DNA of 63,993 bases, the filler included, from Chiloscyllium plagiosum (taxonomy: Eukaryota), in assembly GCF_004010195.1 (NCBI RefSeq). It is 5 parts of one record of this genome, joined end to end, with 100 filler letters (N's around TTAATTAATTAA, not from the genome) between each part and the next. Parts side by side here need not be neighbours in the genome. Positions count along the whole stretch, not along the records: positions 38,513 to 54,245 come from NC_057714.1; positions 54,346 to 60,803 come from NC_057714.1; positions 60,904 to 63,993 come from NC_057714.1; 2 more parts are not named here. The stretch is one strand, 5' to 3'. The position numbers and the translations under genes were made by a program. This document shows positions 50,470 to 62,879 of this stretch, in pieces. Each line of letters starts with the position of its first letter. Within the stretch, counting starts at the first letter, position 1. Below the pieces are notes generated by a model, which ran no database searches, was not told the DNA's origin, and worked only from the letters and a program-made list of their open reading frames with translations.

Positions 50470-52345
50470 CCATTCTACAATCTGGGGGCTAATGCCAAAT
50501 TTAGGAGAGCTGTCTCACTGACTAGTTAAATAACAGCCTGACATAATCGTACTCAAGGAATCATACCTTACAGAGAATGTCCCAAATGTCACTATCACCA
50601 TCCCTGGATATGTCCTCTCCCACTGGCAGGACACACCCATCAGAGGTGGCAGCACGGCGTTATACAGCCAGTAGGGAGTTTCCTGGGAGCCCTTCACATT
50701 GACTCTGAACCTCATGAAGTTTCATGGGTTCAGGTTAAAACAGGCAACTCCTGTTTATTACCATGTACCATCCTCCCTTGGCTGATGAATCAGTACTCAT
50801 AGAGTCATAGAGTTATACGGTACTCAGAAACAAGCCCTTCGGTCCAACTCGTCCACGTCGGCCAGATATTCTAAATTAATCTCGTCCCATTTGTCAGCAT
50901 TTGGCCCATATCCCTCTGAATCCTTCCTATTCATGTACCCATCCAAATGCTTTTAAAATTTAGCCCCTCATGGATACCCATTCTGGAGTTGCTAGATCTG
51001 TTCAAAGTCTGTCCTATTTAGCTACACAACACAACTGAGGTACTCTCAAGGTGAAGGTGGGGCGATGTCTCCACAAGTACTGTGTGATGGTCAGTCTTAC
51101 CAATGCTGCCATGGACAGATACATCTGCAGCCAGCAGATTGGTAAGTAGGATGTCAAGTATGTTTTTCCCTGTTGTTGGTTTCCTCCCCGCCAGCCGCAG
51201 ACCCAGTCTAGCAGCTATGTCCTTTATAAACCGACCAGCTCGATCAGTAGTGCTGCTGCTGAGCCACTCCCGATGGTGGGTATTGAAATTCCCCCACCCA
51301 GAGTACATTTTGTCCCCTTGCCACCCTCAGTGGTTCCTCCAAGCGTTGTTCAACATGAATTGGACAGTTTGACCAATAGGGGGGAGGCTGAATTAGCTGA
51401 GGGTTTTTTCTCTGGAGGGTCACCTTATAGAGGTTCATAAAATCATGGGAGCCATGGATATGGTGAATAGCCATGGTTTTTTTCCTCGGCTGGGGCAGTT
51501 CAAAACTAGAGGGCATTGGTTTAAAGTGAGCAGAGAAACATTTAAATGGGACCTGAGGGGAAACCTTTCCAAGCAGAGTGACAAATGTATGGCACCAGAT
51601 GGAATGGTGGAGGCACTGGATACCGCAAAGGCTATGGGCCCTCACAACATGCCGGCAAAAGTACCGAAGTCTAGTGCTCCCGAACTTGCCACGCTCTTAA
51701 CCAAGCTGTTCTAGTACAGTTACAACACTGGCATCTACCTGTAATGTGGAAAATTGCCCAGGTATGTCCTGTACATAAAAATCAGGATGAATCCAACTCA
51801 GCCAGTTACCCCCTTGGCTCAAACATGGATAAGAAAGAGTTGAATTCCAGAGGGGAGGGGAGACTAGCAATAACCTGCTCAGTGACACCCAGTTTGGGTT
51901 CCACCAGGACCACTCAGCTCCTGACCTCATTACAGCCTTGGCTCAAACATGGATAAGAAAGAGTTGAATTCCAGAGGGGAGGGGAGACTGACAGCCCTTG
52001 ATATCAAGGCCACATTTGACTGAGTATGGTATCAAGGAGTCAACTGGAATCAATACAACTCTCTAGTGGTTAGTCAGGCCTAGCACATAGGTTGCTATGG
52101 TTGCTGGAGGTCAGTCATCTCAGGTGCAGGATATCTATGCAGGTGTCCCTCAAGGGAGTATCCCAGACCCAACCATCTTCAGCTGCTTCATCAATGACCT
52201 TCCTCCATCATAAGGTCAGAAGAGGGAATGTTTGCCAATGATTGGACAATGTTCAGCTTCATTCACCTCAAATTTTGAAGCAGTCCATATTCCAATATAA
52301 CAAGATCTGGACATATCCAGGCCTAAACTGACAAGTGGCAAGTAC
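50470..52345 (+). mobile_element. L2/CR1-group LINE remnant with internally inverted endonuclease segment (~50965-51355, minus) and nested CR1 tails
   Basis: Plus strand: 'IWGLMPNLGELSH.LVK.QPDIIVL.ESYL' at 50480-50580 and RT 'LDIKA.FD..W', 'GVPQGS...P..FSCFINDL' at 51990-52210. Minus strand: 'GNFNTHH.EWL', 'NILDILLTN', 'IGKTDH'. Confidence 0.75.
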
Positions 52346-52934
52346 CATTTGTGCCATACAACTATCTCCAGACAACTAGACACGGGCAATAGATTCTGGC
52401 CAGCCAGCAATGTCCACATCCTACAACTGAAGAAAGAAGAGTAAGTTAAAAAGTAATAAGCAGAGAAAGGATGAAATATGAGGGCAAGCTAGCGATGAAC
52501 ATGAAAGAAGATCACAAGATTCATAAAAGGTGAGAGAGAGGCAAGAGTGGACATTGGCCGACTGGAAAATGAGGCTGGGACAGTAGTAATGGGGAGCAAA
52601 GAAATGGCAGAGGAACTGAATAGGTACTTTGCATCAACGTTCACAGTGGAAGACACCAACAAAATACAATACCAAAACTTCAGAGTCAGGCGGCAGAGGA
52701 GAGTGTAGTGGCTATCAATGAGGAGACGGTGCTGGGAAAATTGAAGGTGGAAAATCACCTGAACCCCCTGATGGACTACACCTCACCTCTACCACATCCT
52801 CTGACTGCTCCCTCGACATACACACCAGCTTGGGTAGAAAAGTTGCAAATCATTCTCCTCTCACCTTAAAAATATGCCCGCTAGTTTTGAACTGTGTCCA
52901 GTTTAGGAAAAATATCTTTGCTATTTCCTTTTCA

Positions 52935-54245
52935 CAGCAGAGAGCGGCGCGAGCTGGGCGGAAGTGAAGTTGGAGTGCAGAGTTAGTTGGGAAGGTAAGT
53001 GATTGATATTTGAGTGGGTGTGTTCTGGACCCCAGACCCTACACAGTAGGGAGGGATGGGCCTCCCTCCCATCCTCCTCCTCGAACCTAACTTTAAAGTT
53101 CACAGGTAAGCTACTCAGTGTTCTTGTTTTGGAGATTAAGTGTAGAGTAATGGTAGCGCAGGCAGTGGAATGTTCCTCCTGCAGGATGTTTGAGGTAGGG
53201 GTGACCACCGATGCTCCTACCGACTTCATCTGCAGAAAATGCAGTCAGATCCTGCTCCTCACAGAACGGGTTAGGGAACTGGAGTGGAGTTGGATGAACT
53301 GAGGATTATTCGAGAGGCTGAGAGGGTGATAGATAGAAGCTACAGGGACATAGTTACACCAGAGAACAGAGAACTGGGTAACAGTTAGAGGTGGGAAGGG
53401 GAGGAAGCAGGCAGTGCAGGGATCCCCTGTGATCATTCCCCTAAACAATAGGTATACCGCTTTGGATACTGTTGGGGGGGGACGGCCTAGCAGGGGTAAG
53501 CTGCAGTGACCGGGTCTGTGGTGCGAGGTCTGGCTCTGAGACTCAGAAGAGAAAGAGGGAGAGGAGGAGAGCGCTAGTTATAGGAGACTCTCTAGTTAGA
53601 GGGACAGACAGGGGGTTCTGTGGACAGGGGCGAGACTCTCGGATGGTTTGTTGCCTCCGGGGTGCCAGGGTCCGAGACGTCTCAGACCGTGTCTTCAGAA
53701 TCCTTAAGGGGGAGGGTGTGCAGCCAGAAGTCGTGGTGCCGTTGGCACCCAACGACATAGGTAGGAAGGACATGGGTAGGAAGAGGGGTGGGGAGGTCAC
53801 TTAAGAGCTCAGGGAGTTAGGCTGGAAGCTAAAAGCTAGGACGGACAGAGTCGTCATCTCTGGGTTGTTGCCGGTGCCACGTGACAGTGAGGCAAGGAAT
53901 AGGGCGAGAGTGCAGTTGAACACGTGGCTGCAAGGATGGTGTAGGAGGGAGGGCTTCAGGTATTTGGACAATTGGACTGCATTCTGGGGAAGGTGGGACC
54001 TGTACAAGCAGGACAGGTTGCACCTGAACCAGAAGGGCACCAATATCCTGGGAGGTAGGTTTGCTAGCACTCTGCGGGGGGGTTTAAACTAATTTGGCAG
54101 GGGGATGGGATCCGGACTTGTAGTCCAGCAAGTAGGCTAGCTGTTTGTCAGCATGTCCAAGAATGTAGGGAGGCTGTGAAGAAGGTAGCACTGACAGGGA
54201 ATACTTACGGACTCAGAGATGGGTTCAAGTGCATATACTTCAACG
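52935..54245 (+). mobile_element. CR1-like LINE 5' portion: 5' UTR, ORF1 (zinc finger/coiled coil and SGNH esterase, frameshifted), start of ORF2
   Basis: 'VECSSCRM...FICRKC..LLTERVRELE', 'LVIGDSLVRG', 'NTWLQGWCRREGFRYLDNW..F......DRLHLN..G'. ORF2 start 'FKCIYFN' is cut by a gap. Confidence 0.9.
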
Positions 54246-54345
54246 NNNNNNNNNNNNNNNNNNNNNNNNNNNNNNNNNNNNNNNNNNNNTTAATTAATTA
54301 ANNNNNNNNNNNNNNNNNNNNNNNNNNNNNNNNNNNNNNNNNNNN

Positions 54346-55442
54346 CTTACTTTAAAGCTATGCCCCCTTGTAATACCCGACTCAATACGCGGGGAAAGGT
54401 TCATACTGTCGACCCTATCTAACCCCCTAATCATCTTGTACACCTTAATCAAGTCACCCCTAAACCTTCTTTTCTCTAGTGTAAACAGCCCCAAGTGCCT
54501 CAGTCTTTCCTCATACGGTTTTCCTTCCATACCAGGCAACATCCTGGTAAACTTCCTCTGCACCCGTTCCAGTGCCTCCACATCCTTCCTATAGTATGGC
54601 GACCAAAACTGCACACAATATTCCAGATGTGGCCGTACCAGAGTCTTATACAACTGCATCATGACCTCAGGACTCCGGAACTCAATTCCTCTACCAATAA
54701 AAGCCATTACGCCATATGCCTTCTTCACCGCACTATTTACCTGGGTGGCAACTTTCAGAGATCTGTGTACATGGACACCAAGATCCCTCTGCTCATCCAC
54801 ACTACCAAGTATCCGATCATTAGCCCAGTACCCCATCTTTTTGTTATTCTTCCCAAAGTGAATCACCTCACACTTAGCTACATTGAATTCCATTTGGCAC
54901 CTTTCTGCCCAGCTCTGCAGCTTCTCTATATCCTGCTGTAACCTGCCACATGCTTCCTCACTGTCAACAACTCCTCCGACTTTCGTGTCATCCGCAAACT
55001 TGCTCACCCAACCTTCTAACTCCTCTTCCAGGTCATTTATAAAAATGACAAACAGCAATGGTCCCAAAACAGATCCTTGCGGAACACCGCTAGTGACTGC
55101 ACTCCAAGGTGAACCTTTGCCATCAACTACTACCCTCTGTCTTCTTCCATCCAGCCAATTCCTAATCCAAACCTCCAACTCACCCTCAATGCCATATCTC
55201 CGTATTTTCTGCAGTAGCCTACCATGGGGAACCTTATCAAACGCCTTACTAAAATCCATATACACCACATCTACCGCTTTCGCCTCGTCCACCTCCTTAG
55301 TCACCTTCTCAAAGAATTCAATAAGGTTTGTGAGGCACGACCTGCCCTTCACAAAACCATGCTGACTATCCTTGATCACGTTATTCCTATCCAGATGTTC
55401 ATAAATCCTATCCCTTACAGTTCCCTCTAAGACTTTGCCCAC
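54346..55442 (-). mobile_element. Young CR1-like LINE, uninterrupted RT domain
   Basis: Open frame of ~365 codons with all RT motifs ([29 protein letters not shown]). Confidence 0.95.
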
Positions 55443-56379
55443 AAAGTCTAAGACTATCCCTGTTTACGCAGAGCAGGGAATGGTTTCAAACAGAAATTGC
55501 TGGAGAAACTCAGCAGGTTTGGCAGCATCTGTGGAGAGAGGATCAGAGTTTGGAGTGTGGTGTGGAGTGGGGTTGTCGGTTGCCACCCCAACTCCTCCTC
55601 ATCCCGAGCAGCTTGGCCCCTTCAATCCCATCATGCAGTTCAAATCTTCCATCGTGGTTCAAGATGGTGCTAACACCGGGTGACGGTCTCTACACTAGAA
55701 CTTATTTTCACATTTCTTATTACCATTCTACACTTCTAAATCTCAACTCCAAGTCTGTATAAATTACTAATAATGTGCTGATCTTGCGTGGTGCTGCCCC
55801 TGTGCAGTTTAACCCGATATGCCTCACTCTAAGTACCTTAATGATCTGTATTGTCCTTGTTTATGATCTACCTCTACTGCTCACAAAACAAAACTTTTCA
55901 CTGGACTGAGGTACATGTGGCAACAATAAATCAAACCATCCCTTTTAAAACGGTCATTCCCTCTCCTTCCTGGGAGACATCTCTCACAGACAGTGTGAGA
56001 ATCCCTCTGATTCTTCGAGGTGCTGCAGTGTTAGCTTCCAGACAGCAGGTGGTAGTGTTGTACCAGGGAGGCTGCCTCCTGAACACTGCAGAGGGAAGCT
56101 GTCAGTCTCCTGTTACAATCCACTCAACCCATCATTCATCTCTGTAAAGTGCTCGCTTTCACTGTCTCACTCTGTCGTGCTTTCAGTCGAAGGCTAGTGA
56201 AAAGCTAATAATCCCTCGAGCAGGGCGGCGCTCCCCCTTGGCGTTGACCCTCGGATATTCGATATGTCGATGGCTGATCATCCACGTTAGTCCCCACACC
56301 TTTTAATCCCTTTAGTGAGAACTATATCTCCCACCTCCTGGAAAACATTCATTTTTTAGTCCACTGACCCTTCAGAACT

Positions 56380-56956
56380 AGAGAGGCACTGGCCAGGCAG
56401 CATCCAAGGAGCAGGAGAATCGACGTTTCGGGCATGAGCCCTTCTTCAGGAATGAGGAGGGTGTGCCAAGCAGGCTAAGATAAAAGGTAGGGAGGAGGGA
56501 CTTGGGGGAGGGGCGTTGGAAATGCAATAGGTGGAAGGAGGTCAAGGTGAGGGTGATAGGCCAGAGTGGGGTGGGGGCACAGAGNNNNNNNNNNNNNNNN
56601 NNNNNNNNNNNNNNNNNNNNNNNNNNNNNNNNNNNNNNNNNNNNNNNNNCCCCCACCTTGTCTCAGTCCCAACCCTCGAACTCAGCACCATCTTCTTGAC
56701 CTGCAATCTTCTTCCTGACCTCTCCGCCCCCACCCCACTCCGGCCTATAACCTCCTTCCACCTATCGCATTTCCAACGCCCTTCCTCCCTACCTTTTATC
56801 TTAGCCTGCTTGGCACACTCTCCTCATTCCTGAAGAAGGGCTCATGCCCGAAACGTCGATTCTCCTGCTCCTTGGATGCTGCCTGACCTGCTGTGCTTTT
56901 CCAGCAACACATTTTCAGCTCTGATCTCCAGCATCTGCAGTCCTCACTTTCTCCTA
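56380..56956. mobile_element. Inverted pair of Penelope-like 3' fragments around a gap
   Basis: Minus-strand pLTR at 56390-56584 and plus-strand pLTR at 56650-56956. Confidence 0.8.
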
Positions 56957-57253
56957 GAGAGTCACTGGACCCAACACGTTAATTCTGATTTCTCTTCCCC
57001 ACGGGTGCTGCCAGACTTGCTGTGTTTTGCCTTCAATTTCTGTTCTGGTTTCTGATTTTGAGCATCCAGAGTTCTTCGGGAATGTTTGTTCAATATTTTG
57101 GCCTCAATGGTGTCCTGTGGCGGAGAATTCCACAGGCTCACCACTCTCTGGGTGAAGACATCCCTCCTGCTCTCTGAGCTGTCTTGTGTCCTGCCATCCC
57201 CTGGTCCTGAGCTCGGTTGCTGTGGGCCTGACGTTGGTGTGTTGTTCCTACAG

Positions 57254-57408
57254 ATCCCCGAGCTGCTGGAAGTGTTACACATCCGCCTCCAGGCCATCAT
57301 GCAGGAGCAGGTGAAGGCTTCCGTTCTGCAGACGGTCTCTCTCTTGGCATCGCAGAACCTTCCTGCCGTGATATCCAGTCTCCTCAGCTACCCGCTGCCC
57401 TTTGATAA
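57254..57408 (+). CDS. MROH1: Internal coding exon of maestro heat-like repeat family member 1
   Basis: tacag| ... |gtaagt. Encodes IPELLEVLHIRLQAIMQEQVKASVLQTVSLLASQNLPAVISSLLSYPLPFD(K), similar to recalled MROH1 'VPEIVSVLRSKLQ...VYLLATQHCAAVVSSLLGSPLPLDS'. Ends in phase 2. Confidence 0.88.
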
Positions 57409-57859
57409 GTAAGTGACAGATACAGTACGGTCAGCACGACCCCCTCGTGTTCAGACTTCGACACTGAGTGCTGGGGAAGTGTTACTGAGCTACACGTGAT
57501 ATCAGCGCAAATATACAGGCAGGAGCTGGCCACTCTGCCTGTCTCATCAGCTCCATTCAGTCAGATTGTGACTGATCTGATTACTCTTATCCCCAATAAC
57601 CTTTCACCTCAAACATCTGGCTGCTTTTGCCTTGGCAATGTTCCACGGCTCTGCTTCCACCACCTTTTCAGGGAGAGAGTTCCAAAGATTGAGAAGTGCT
57701 GTTGGAGTGAAAGACAGAGATAGAGGAGCAAAATTAGACCATTCAGCCCATCAAGTCTGCTCCACCATTCCATCATAGCTAATATGTTTTTCACCCCATT
57801 CTCCTGCCTTCTCCCCGTAATCCTTGATCCCTTCACTGATCAAGGGCCTATCTATCTCT

Positions 57860-58490
57860 CTCTCGTGACAACATTACATTTGATTAAGAAAGCGAATGTA
57901 ATGTTGTCATTTACCTTGAGGGTTGGAATATAACAGCAGTGATGTGCTACTGAGACTTTATAAAGCTCTAGTTAGGCGCCATTTAGAAAGCTCTGTCCAG
58001 TTCTGGGCCCCACACCTCAGGAAGGACATATTGGCACTGGAACGTGTCCAGCAGAGATTCACACGGATGATCCCTGGAATGGTAGACATTGAGGGGAGAT
58101 CTAATAGAAACTTACAAGATAATGCATGGCGTAGAAAGGCTGGATGCTGGGAAATTCTGTTAAGCGGGGCTACTAGGACCCGCTTAAATTCTGTTAAGCT
58201 TAAATTCTGTTAAGCTGGGCACAGCCTTAGAATTAGCGGGGGTCAATTTAGAACGGAAATGAGGAGACATTTCTTCAGCTAGAGAGTGGTGGGCCTATGG
58301 AATTCACTGCCACAGAGCACAGTGGAGGCTGGACGTTAAATGTCTTCAAGGCAAAGATTGATAAATTCTCAATCTCGCAAGGAATTCGGGGATACGGGGA
58401 GAGTCCGGGTAAGTGGGGTTGGAATGCCCAGCAGTCATAATTGATGGGCCAAATGGCCTTATTTCCACTCCTATGTCTTATGGTATTAAG
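57860..58490 (+). mobile_element. CR1-like LINE 3' fragment in MROH1 intron
   Basis: 'LYKALVR.HLE.SVQFWAPHLRKDILALERVQ.RFTRMIPG'. Confidence 0.85.
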
Positions 58491-59264
58491 TGCACTCAAT
58501 GATGTGGCCTCCACAGCCCTCTGCGTCAATGTGGTCCACTGATTCCCCACCCTGTGGCTGAAGAAATTCTTCCTCATATCTTCACTCTGAGGCTGTGCCC
58601 TGATCTCGCCTGTTAGTGGAAACATTATCTCCATGTCCACTCTGTCCAGGCTCCTTAGTATCTGGAAGTTTCTTCCCCTCCGCTTGAAGCAAGTTGTCCC
58701 TTACGCCCGTTTATTAACCCGGGCTCCAACTTTGGGATATTTCTGACAGCAGCCGCGTTCTCTTCACAACGACCTGGTCAGGCCCCCTGGCATCATGTAT
58801 GTTTCAGTCAAGCCACTTGTTCCCTTTCAGAGAAGGTTCTGGTTCGACTGGAAGTGGTTCTGGTTCCTGGAGTGGCAGTACCACCTCTGCCCGCGCGTTT
58901 GAGGCTGGGTCTATGTTTGTTGTAGTTTAGAGGAATGAACAATGATTGGTTGAAACATGGAAGAGTCTGAGAGGATGTTAGAGGGCTGTGAGAGAGTAAA
59001 ACTAGGGGTCATGGGTCTCCCACAATCTGAGGATTGAGAGACTGTTGGAGTTGTCTGCCCCAGAGAGGTGGTAGTGTTGCAGAATATTTCAAAGGAAGTG
59101 GAAGATAAACTCTACTGACGGAGTTAAATGGCCCATGGGTACAGACTGGGAAGTGAAGTTGAGACAGTAATCTAGTCAGTCGCAGTCTTGTTGTGGTCTT
59201 GACTTGGTCGAGACTCTGTGTTTGGTTGTGGATGTTACTACAAACGTTGTCAAAGGCAGAACGT

Positions 59265-59985
59265 AAGAACCAGGAGCAGGAGTAGCCGTCTGGCCCTTTG
59301 AGCCTGCTCCACAATTCAATAAGATCAGGGCTGATCTCCACTTACCCGCCCTCTCACTACAGCCTTTTTTTCCTTTACTGTTTAAGAAAAATCTAACTTA
59401 GCTTTAAAAACGTTTACTGAAGTAGCGTCGACCAGTTCCCTGGGCAGGGAATTCCAAAGGTTCACAACCCTCTGGGTGAAGAAGTTCCTCCTCATTACGG
59501 TCTGAAATCTGCTGGCCTGAATTTTGAGGCCATGTCCTTTTCTCTTAGTTTCACCTGCCAATGGAGACAACCTCCCTGCTTCTAACTCATCTATTCCCTT
59601 CAAAATATGTTTCTAAGATTCCCCCCGCCTCATTCTTTTGAATTCTGCTGAATATAATCCCAGTCTATTTAGTCTCTCCTCATAAGCCAACCCCCTCAAC
59701 TCTGGAATCAACCCTGTGAACCTCCTCTGCACCCCCTCCAGTGCCAGTACATCCTTTCTCAAGTAAGGAGTCCAAAACGGCACACAGTACTCCAGGTGTG
59801 GCCTCACCAGCATCTCATACAGCTACAATATAACCTCCCTGCTTTTAAACTCCATACCTTTTTAGCAATGAAGAACAAAATTGCATTTGCCTTCCTTAAT
59901 GACCTGTTGTACCTGCAGACCATCCCTCTGTGATTCATGCACAAGGACACCCAGGTCCCTCTGCACAGCAGCATGCTGCAATAAC
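59265..59985 (-). mobile_element. CR1-like LINE 3' fragment in MROH1 intron
   Basis: ORFs 59613-59813 and 59382-59603. Confidence 0.88.
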
Positions 59986-60124
59986 TGCTGTCTTCAAGGA
60001 GGATAGGAAGCTGCAGAAAGGTTTAGCAGGATGCAGGTTCAGGTGGGGGGGTGGGGGGGGGAGCATGGTGGCAGGGACCAGAGACTGTCAGATTGCGGTT
60101 AATGGAGAGCCCTTGCCCTCCCAG

Positions 60125-60290
60125 GCCTGCGGGGGAGATGTGGCAGTCGCTGGCGGGAGATGGGACCCTGGCGAGGAAATCTCTGGAATTCCTAATGGAG
60201 CGATTGAACAAACAGTTGCCGTACGATGAGAAGAGGGAATCGATGCTGCGCAAGAGTGTCACACGGTTCGCCACAATCCAGCCGCTGGTG
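60125..60290 (+). CDS. MROH1: Next internal coding exon of MROH1
   Basis: cccag| ... |gtaggt. The phase-2 start completes the Lys codon from the previous exon. Encodes PAGEMWQSLAGDGTLARKSLEFLMERLNKQLPYDEKRESMLRKSVTRFATIQPLV, similar to recalled MROH1 'MLWRALAVEPRLAAQVLGLLLEKMSRDVPFKESR...VATLLPL'. Confidence 0.88.
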
Positions 60291-60314
60291 GTAGGTCTGG
60301 GCACTCAGTCCACA

Positions 60315-60803
60315 CTCCTCCAATCCCCTCGCTCTGCATCCTCCAATCCCCTCACTCTGCGACCTCCCCACTGTGTCCAATCCCCTCACTCTGCGACCTC
60401 CCCACTGCGTCCAATCCCCTCACTCTGCGACCTCCCCACTGCGTCCAATCCCCTCACTCTGCGGCCTCCCCACTGCGTCCAATCCCCTCACTCTGCGTCC
60501 TCCCCACCGCGTCCAATCCCCTCACTCTGCGTCCTCCCCACTGCGTCCAATCCCCTCACTCTGCGTCCTCCCCACTGCGTCCAATCCCCTCACTCTGCGT
60601 CCTCCCCACTGCGTCCAATCCCCTCACTCTGCGTCCTCCCCACTGCGTCCAATCCCCTCACTCTGCGTCCTCCCCACTGCGTCCAATCCCCTCACTCTGC
60701 GTCCTCCCCACTGCGTCCAATCCCCTCACTCTGCGTCCTCCCCACTGCGTCCAATCCCCTCACTCTGCGTCCTCCCCACTGCGTCCAATCCCCTCACTCT
60801 GCG
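60315..60803. repeat. 34-bp minisatellite just downstream of the MROH1 splice donor, running into a gap
   Basis: Near-perfect tandem copies of tccaatcccctcactctgcgtcctccccactgcg. Confidence 0.95.
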
Positions 60804-60979
60804 NNNNNNNNNNNNNNNNNNNNNNNNNNNNNNNNNNNNNNNNNNNNTTAATTAATTAANNNNNNNNNNNNNNNNNNNNNNNNNNNNNNNNNNNNNNNNN
60901 NNNTTCTGGATGGTCTGGGAGATGATGGTTTGGTGGTGGGAGGTGGGGTCATGGTCAAGGGGGCAGTAGGAGGAGGTGC

Positions 60980-61603
60980 ACCTTGCTAAAATCCATGTAC
61001 ACCACATCCACTGCTCTACCTTCAATGTGTTTTGTCACATCCTCAGAGAATTCAATAATGTTTGTGAGGCATGACCTGCCTCTCACAAAGTCATGCTGAC
61101 TATCTCTAATAAAACTATGGTTTTCCTAGTAATCATAAATCCTGTCTCTCAGAATCCTCTCCAATACTTTCCCCACCACAGATGTAAGACTGACTGGTCT
61201 GTAATTCCCAGGATTATCCCTATTCCCTTTCGTGAGCAGGGGAATAACATTTGCTGCCCTCCAATCATCTGGCACTACCCCAGTGGACAGTGAGGACACA
61301 AAGATCACCGCCAAAGGCGCAGCAATCTCTTCCCTCACTTCCTGTGGTAACCTTGGGTATATCTTGTCTGGCCAAGGGGATTTATCTATCCTTATGTTTT
61401 TCAAAATTTCCAGCACATCCTCCTCCTTAACATCAACCTGTTCTAGTGTATCAGCCTGTTTCACACTGTCCTCACAAATGACAAGATCCCTCTCACTAGC
61501 GATTACTGAAGCAAAGTTTTCATTAAGTGCCTCCCCTATTTCCTCTGACCCCAGGCACAAGTTCCCTCCACTATCCCTGATTGGCCTTATCCTCACTCTA
61601 ACC
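60980..61603 (-). mobile_element. CR1-like LINE ORF2 fragment
   Basis: 'VPDDWRAANVIPL..KG.RDNPGNYRPVSLTSVVGKVLE'. Confidence 0.9.
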
Positions 61604-62879
61604 NNNNNNNNNNNNNNNNNNNNNNNNNNNNNNNNNNNNNNNNNNNNNNNNNNNNNNNNNNNNNNNNNNNNNNNNNNNNNNNNNNNNNNNNNNNNNNNNN
61701 NNNNNNNNNNNNNNNNNNNNNNNNNNNNNNNNNNNNNNNNNNNNNNNNNNNNNNNNNNNNNNNNNNNNNNNNNNNNNNNNNNNNNNNNNNNNNNNNNNNN
61801 NNNNNNNNNNNNNNNNNNNNNNNNNNNNNNNNNNNNNNNNNNNNNNNNNNNNNNNNNNNNNNNNNNNNNNNNNNNNNNNNNNNNNNNNNNNNNNNNNNNN
61901 NNNNNNNNNNNNNNNNNNNNNNNNNNNNNNNNNNNNNNNNNNNNNNNNNNNNNNNNNNNNNNNNNNNNNNNNNNNNNNNNNNNNNNNNNNNNNNNNNNNN
62001 NNNNNNNNNNNNNNNNNNNNNNNNNNNNNNNNNNNNNNNNNNNNNNNNNNNNNNNNNNNNNNNNNNNNNNNNNNNNNNNNNNNNNNNNNNNNNNNNNNNN
62101 NNNTGTTGCATTGCCCAGTGTGCTGTGTGACATGATCGGAGCATGCTGCTTAATGGGGGTGGGGGGGCGTGGGGTCAGGGGGTTGCTGCTGTACACGGCT
62201 GCTTTGTGGAGGGATCTCTTGTCTTTTGTGAGATAGATTGGCATGTGCTTGTTGGTGTTATGTCCCTTTGGGATCCTGTGGACCAGGTGCAAAGAGCTTG
62301 GATTGAAATGCAGCATCTCCAGGTGCTCCAAGGATCAAACTGGGATGCTTTTCTGTCTGGGTGCTAACTGAGAACTGGGACTTGTCTGCTTCAATTCAGA
62401 AAGGGACTAGAAACCGTTTCTTTTCCAGCTTCCAACACTGTTCCCTGTGCTTTCCCACCACAGTCTATTCTTGAAACCCTGTTTCTCAAAGAATTGAAGG
62501 TATTTATGCTGCAATAGAAGACCATTCAGTCCATCAGATACATGCAAGCCCACTGTAGAGAGACCCCAACATCCCCGCGACACTGCTGTTTCTCCCCACA
62601 TTGCTGCTGTTTTATTTCCCTCGAGTTACTATCTAGTTTCTTTTTGAAATCAATCAGTGCCTCTGTTCCCATTGCGCATCCCGTTCCCCCCTCACCCCAA
62701 ACTATGAAGCAGTGCTGTCACACACAACCATAATAACTTGTTCCCAAAACCTCCGTTGTTATCCTCATCTCCTCATCATATCATCATCTCGTCATCATCG
62801 TCCAGACTCAGTGGGCTGATGGTCCAATTCTAAGTTTTACCTATGCCCAGGGAACAAGATTTGAAACAGTGAAACAGAA

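Noticed and set aside
60051..60855. 266-aa ORF as a single gene
   Set aside because: Only 60125-60290 is a MROH1 exon. The rest is intron and 34-bp repeat read-through into Ns.
29877..62331. Long ORFs containing X runs, and TTAATTAATTAA motifs
   Set aside because: Assembly gap and spacer artefacts.
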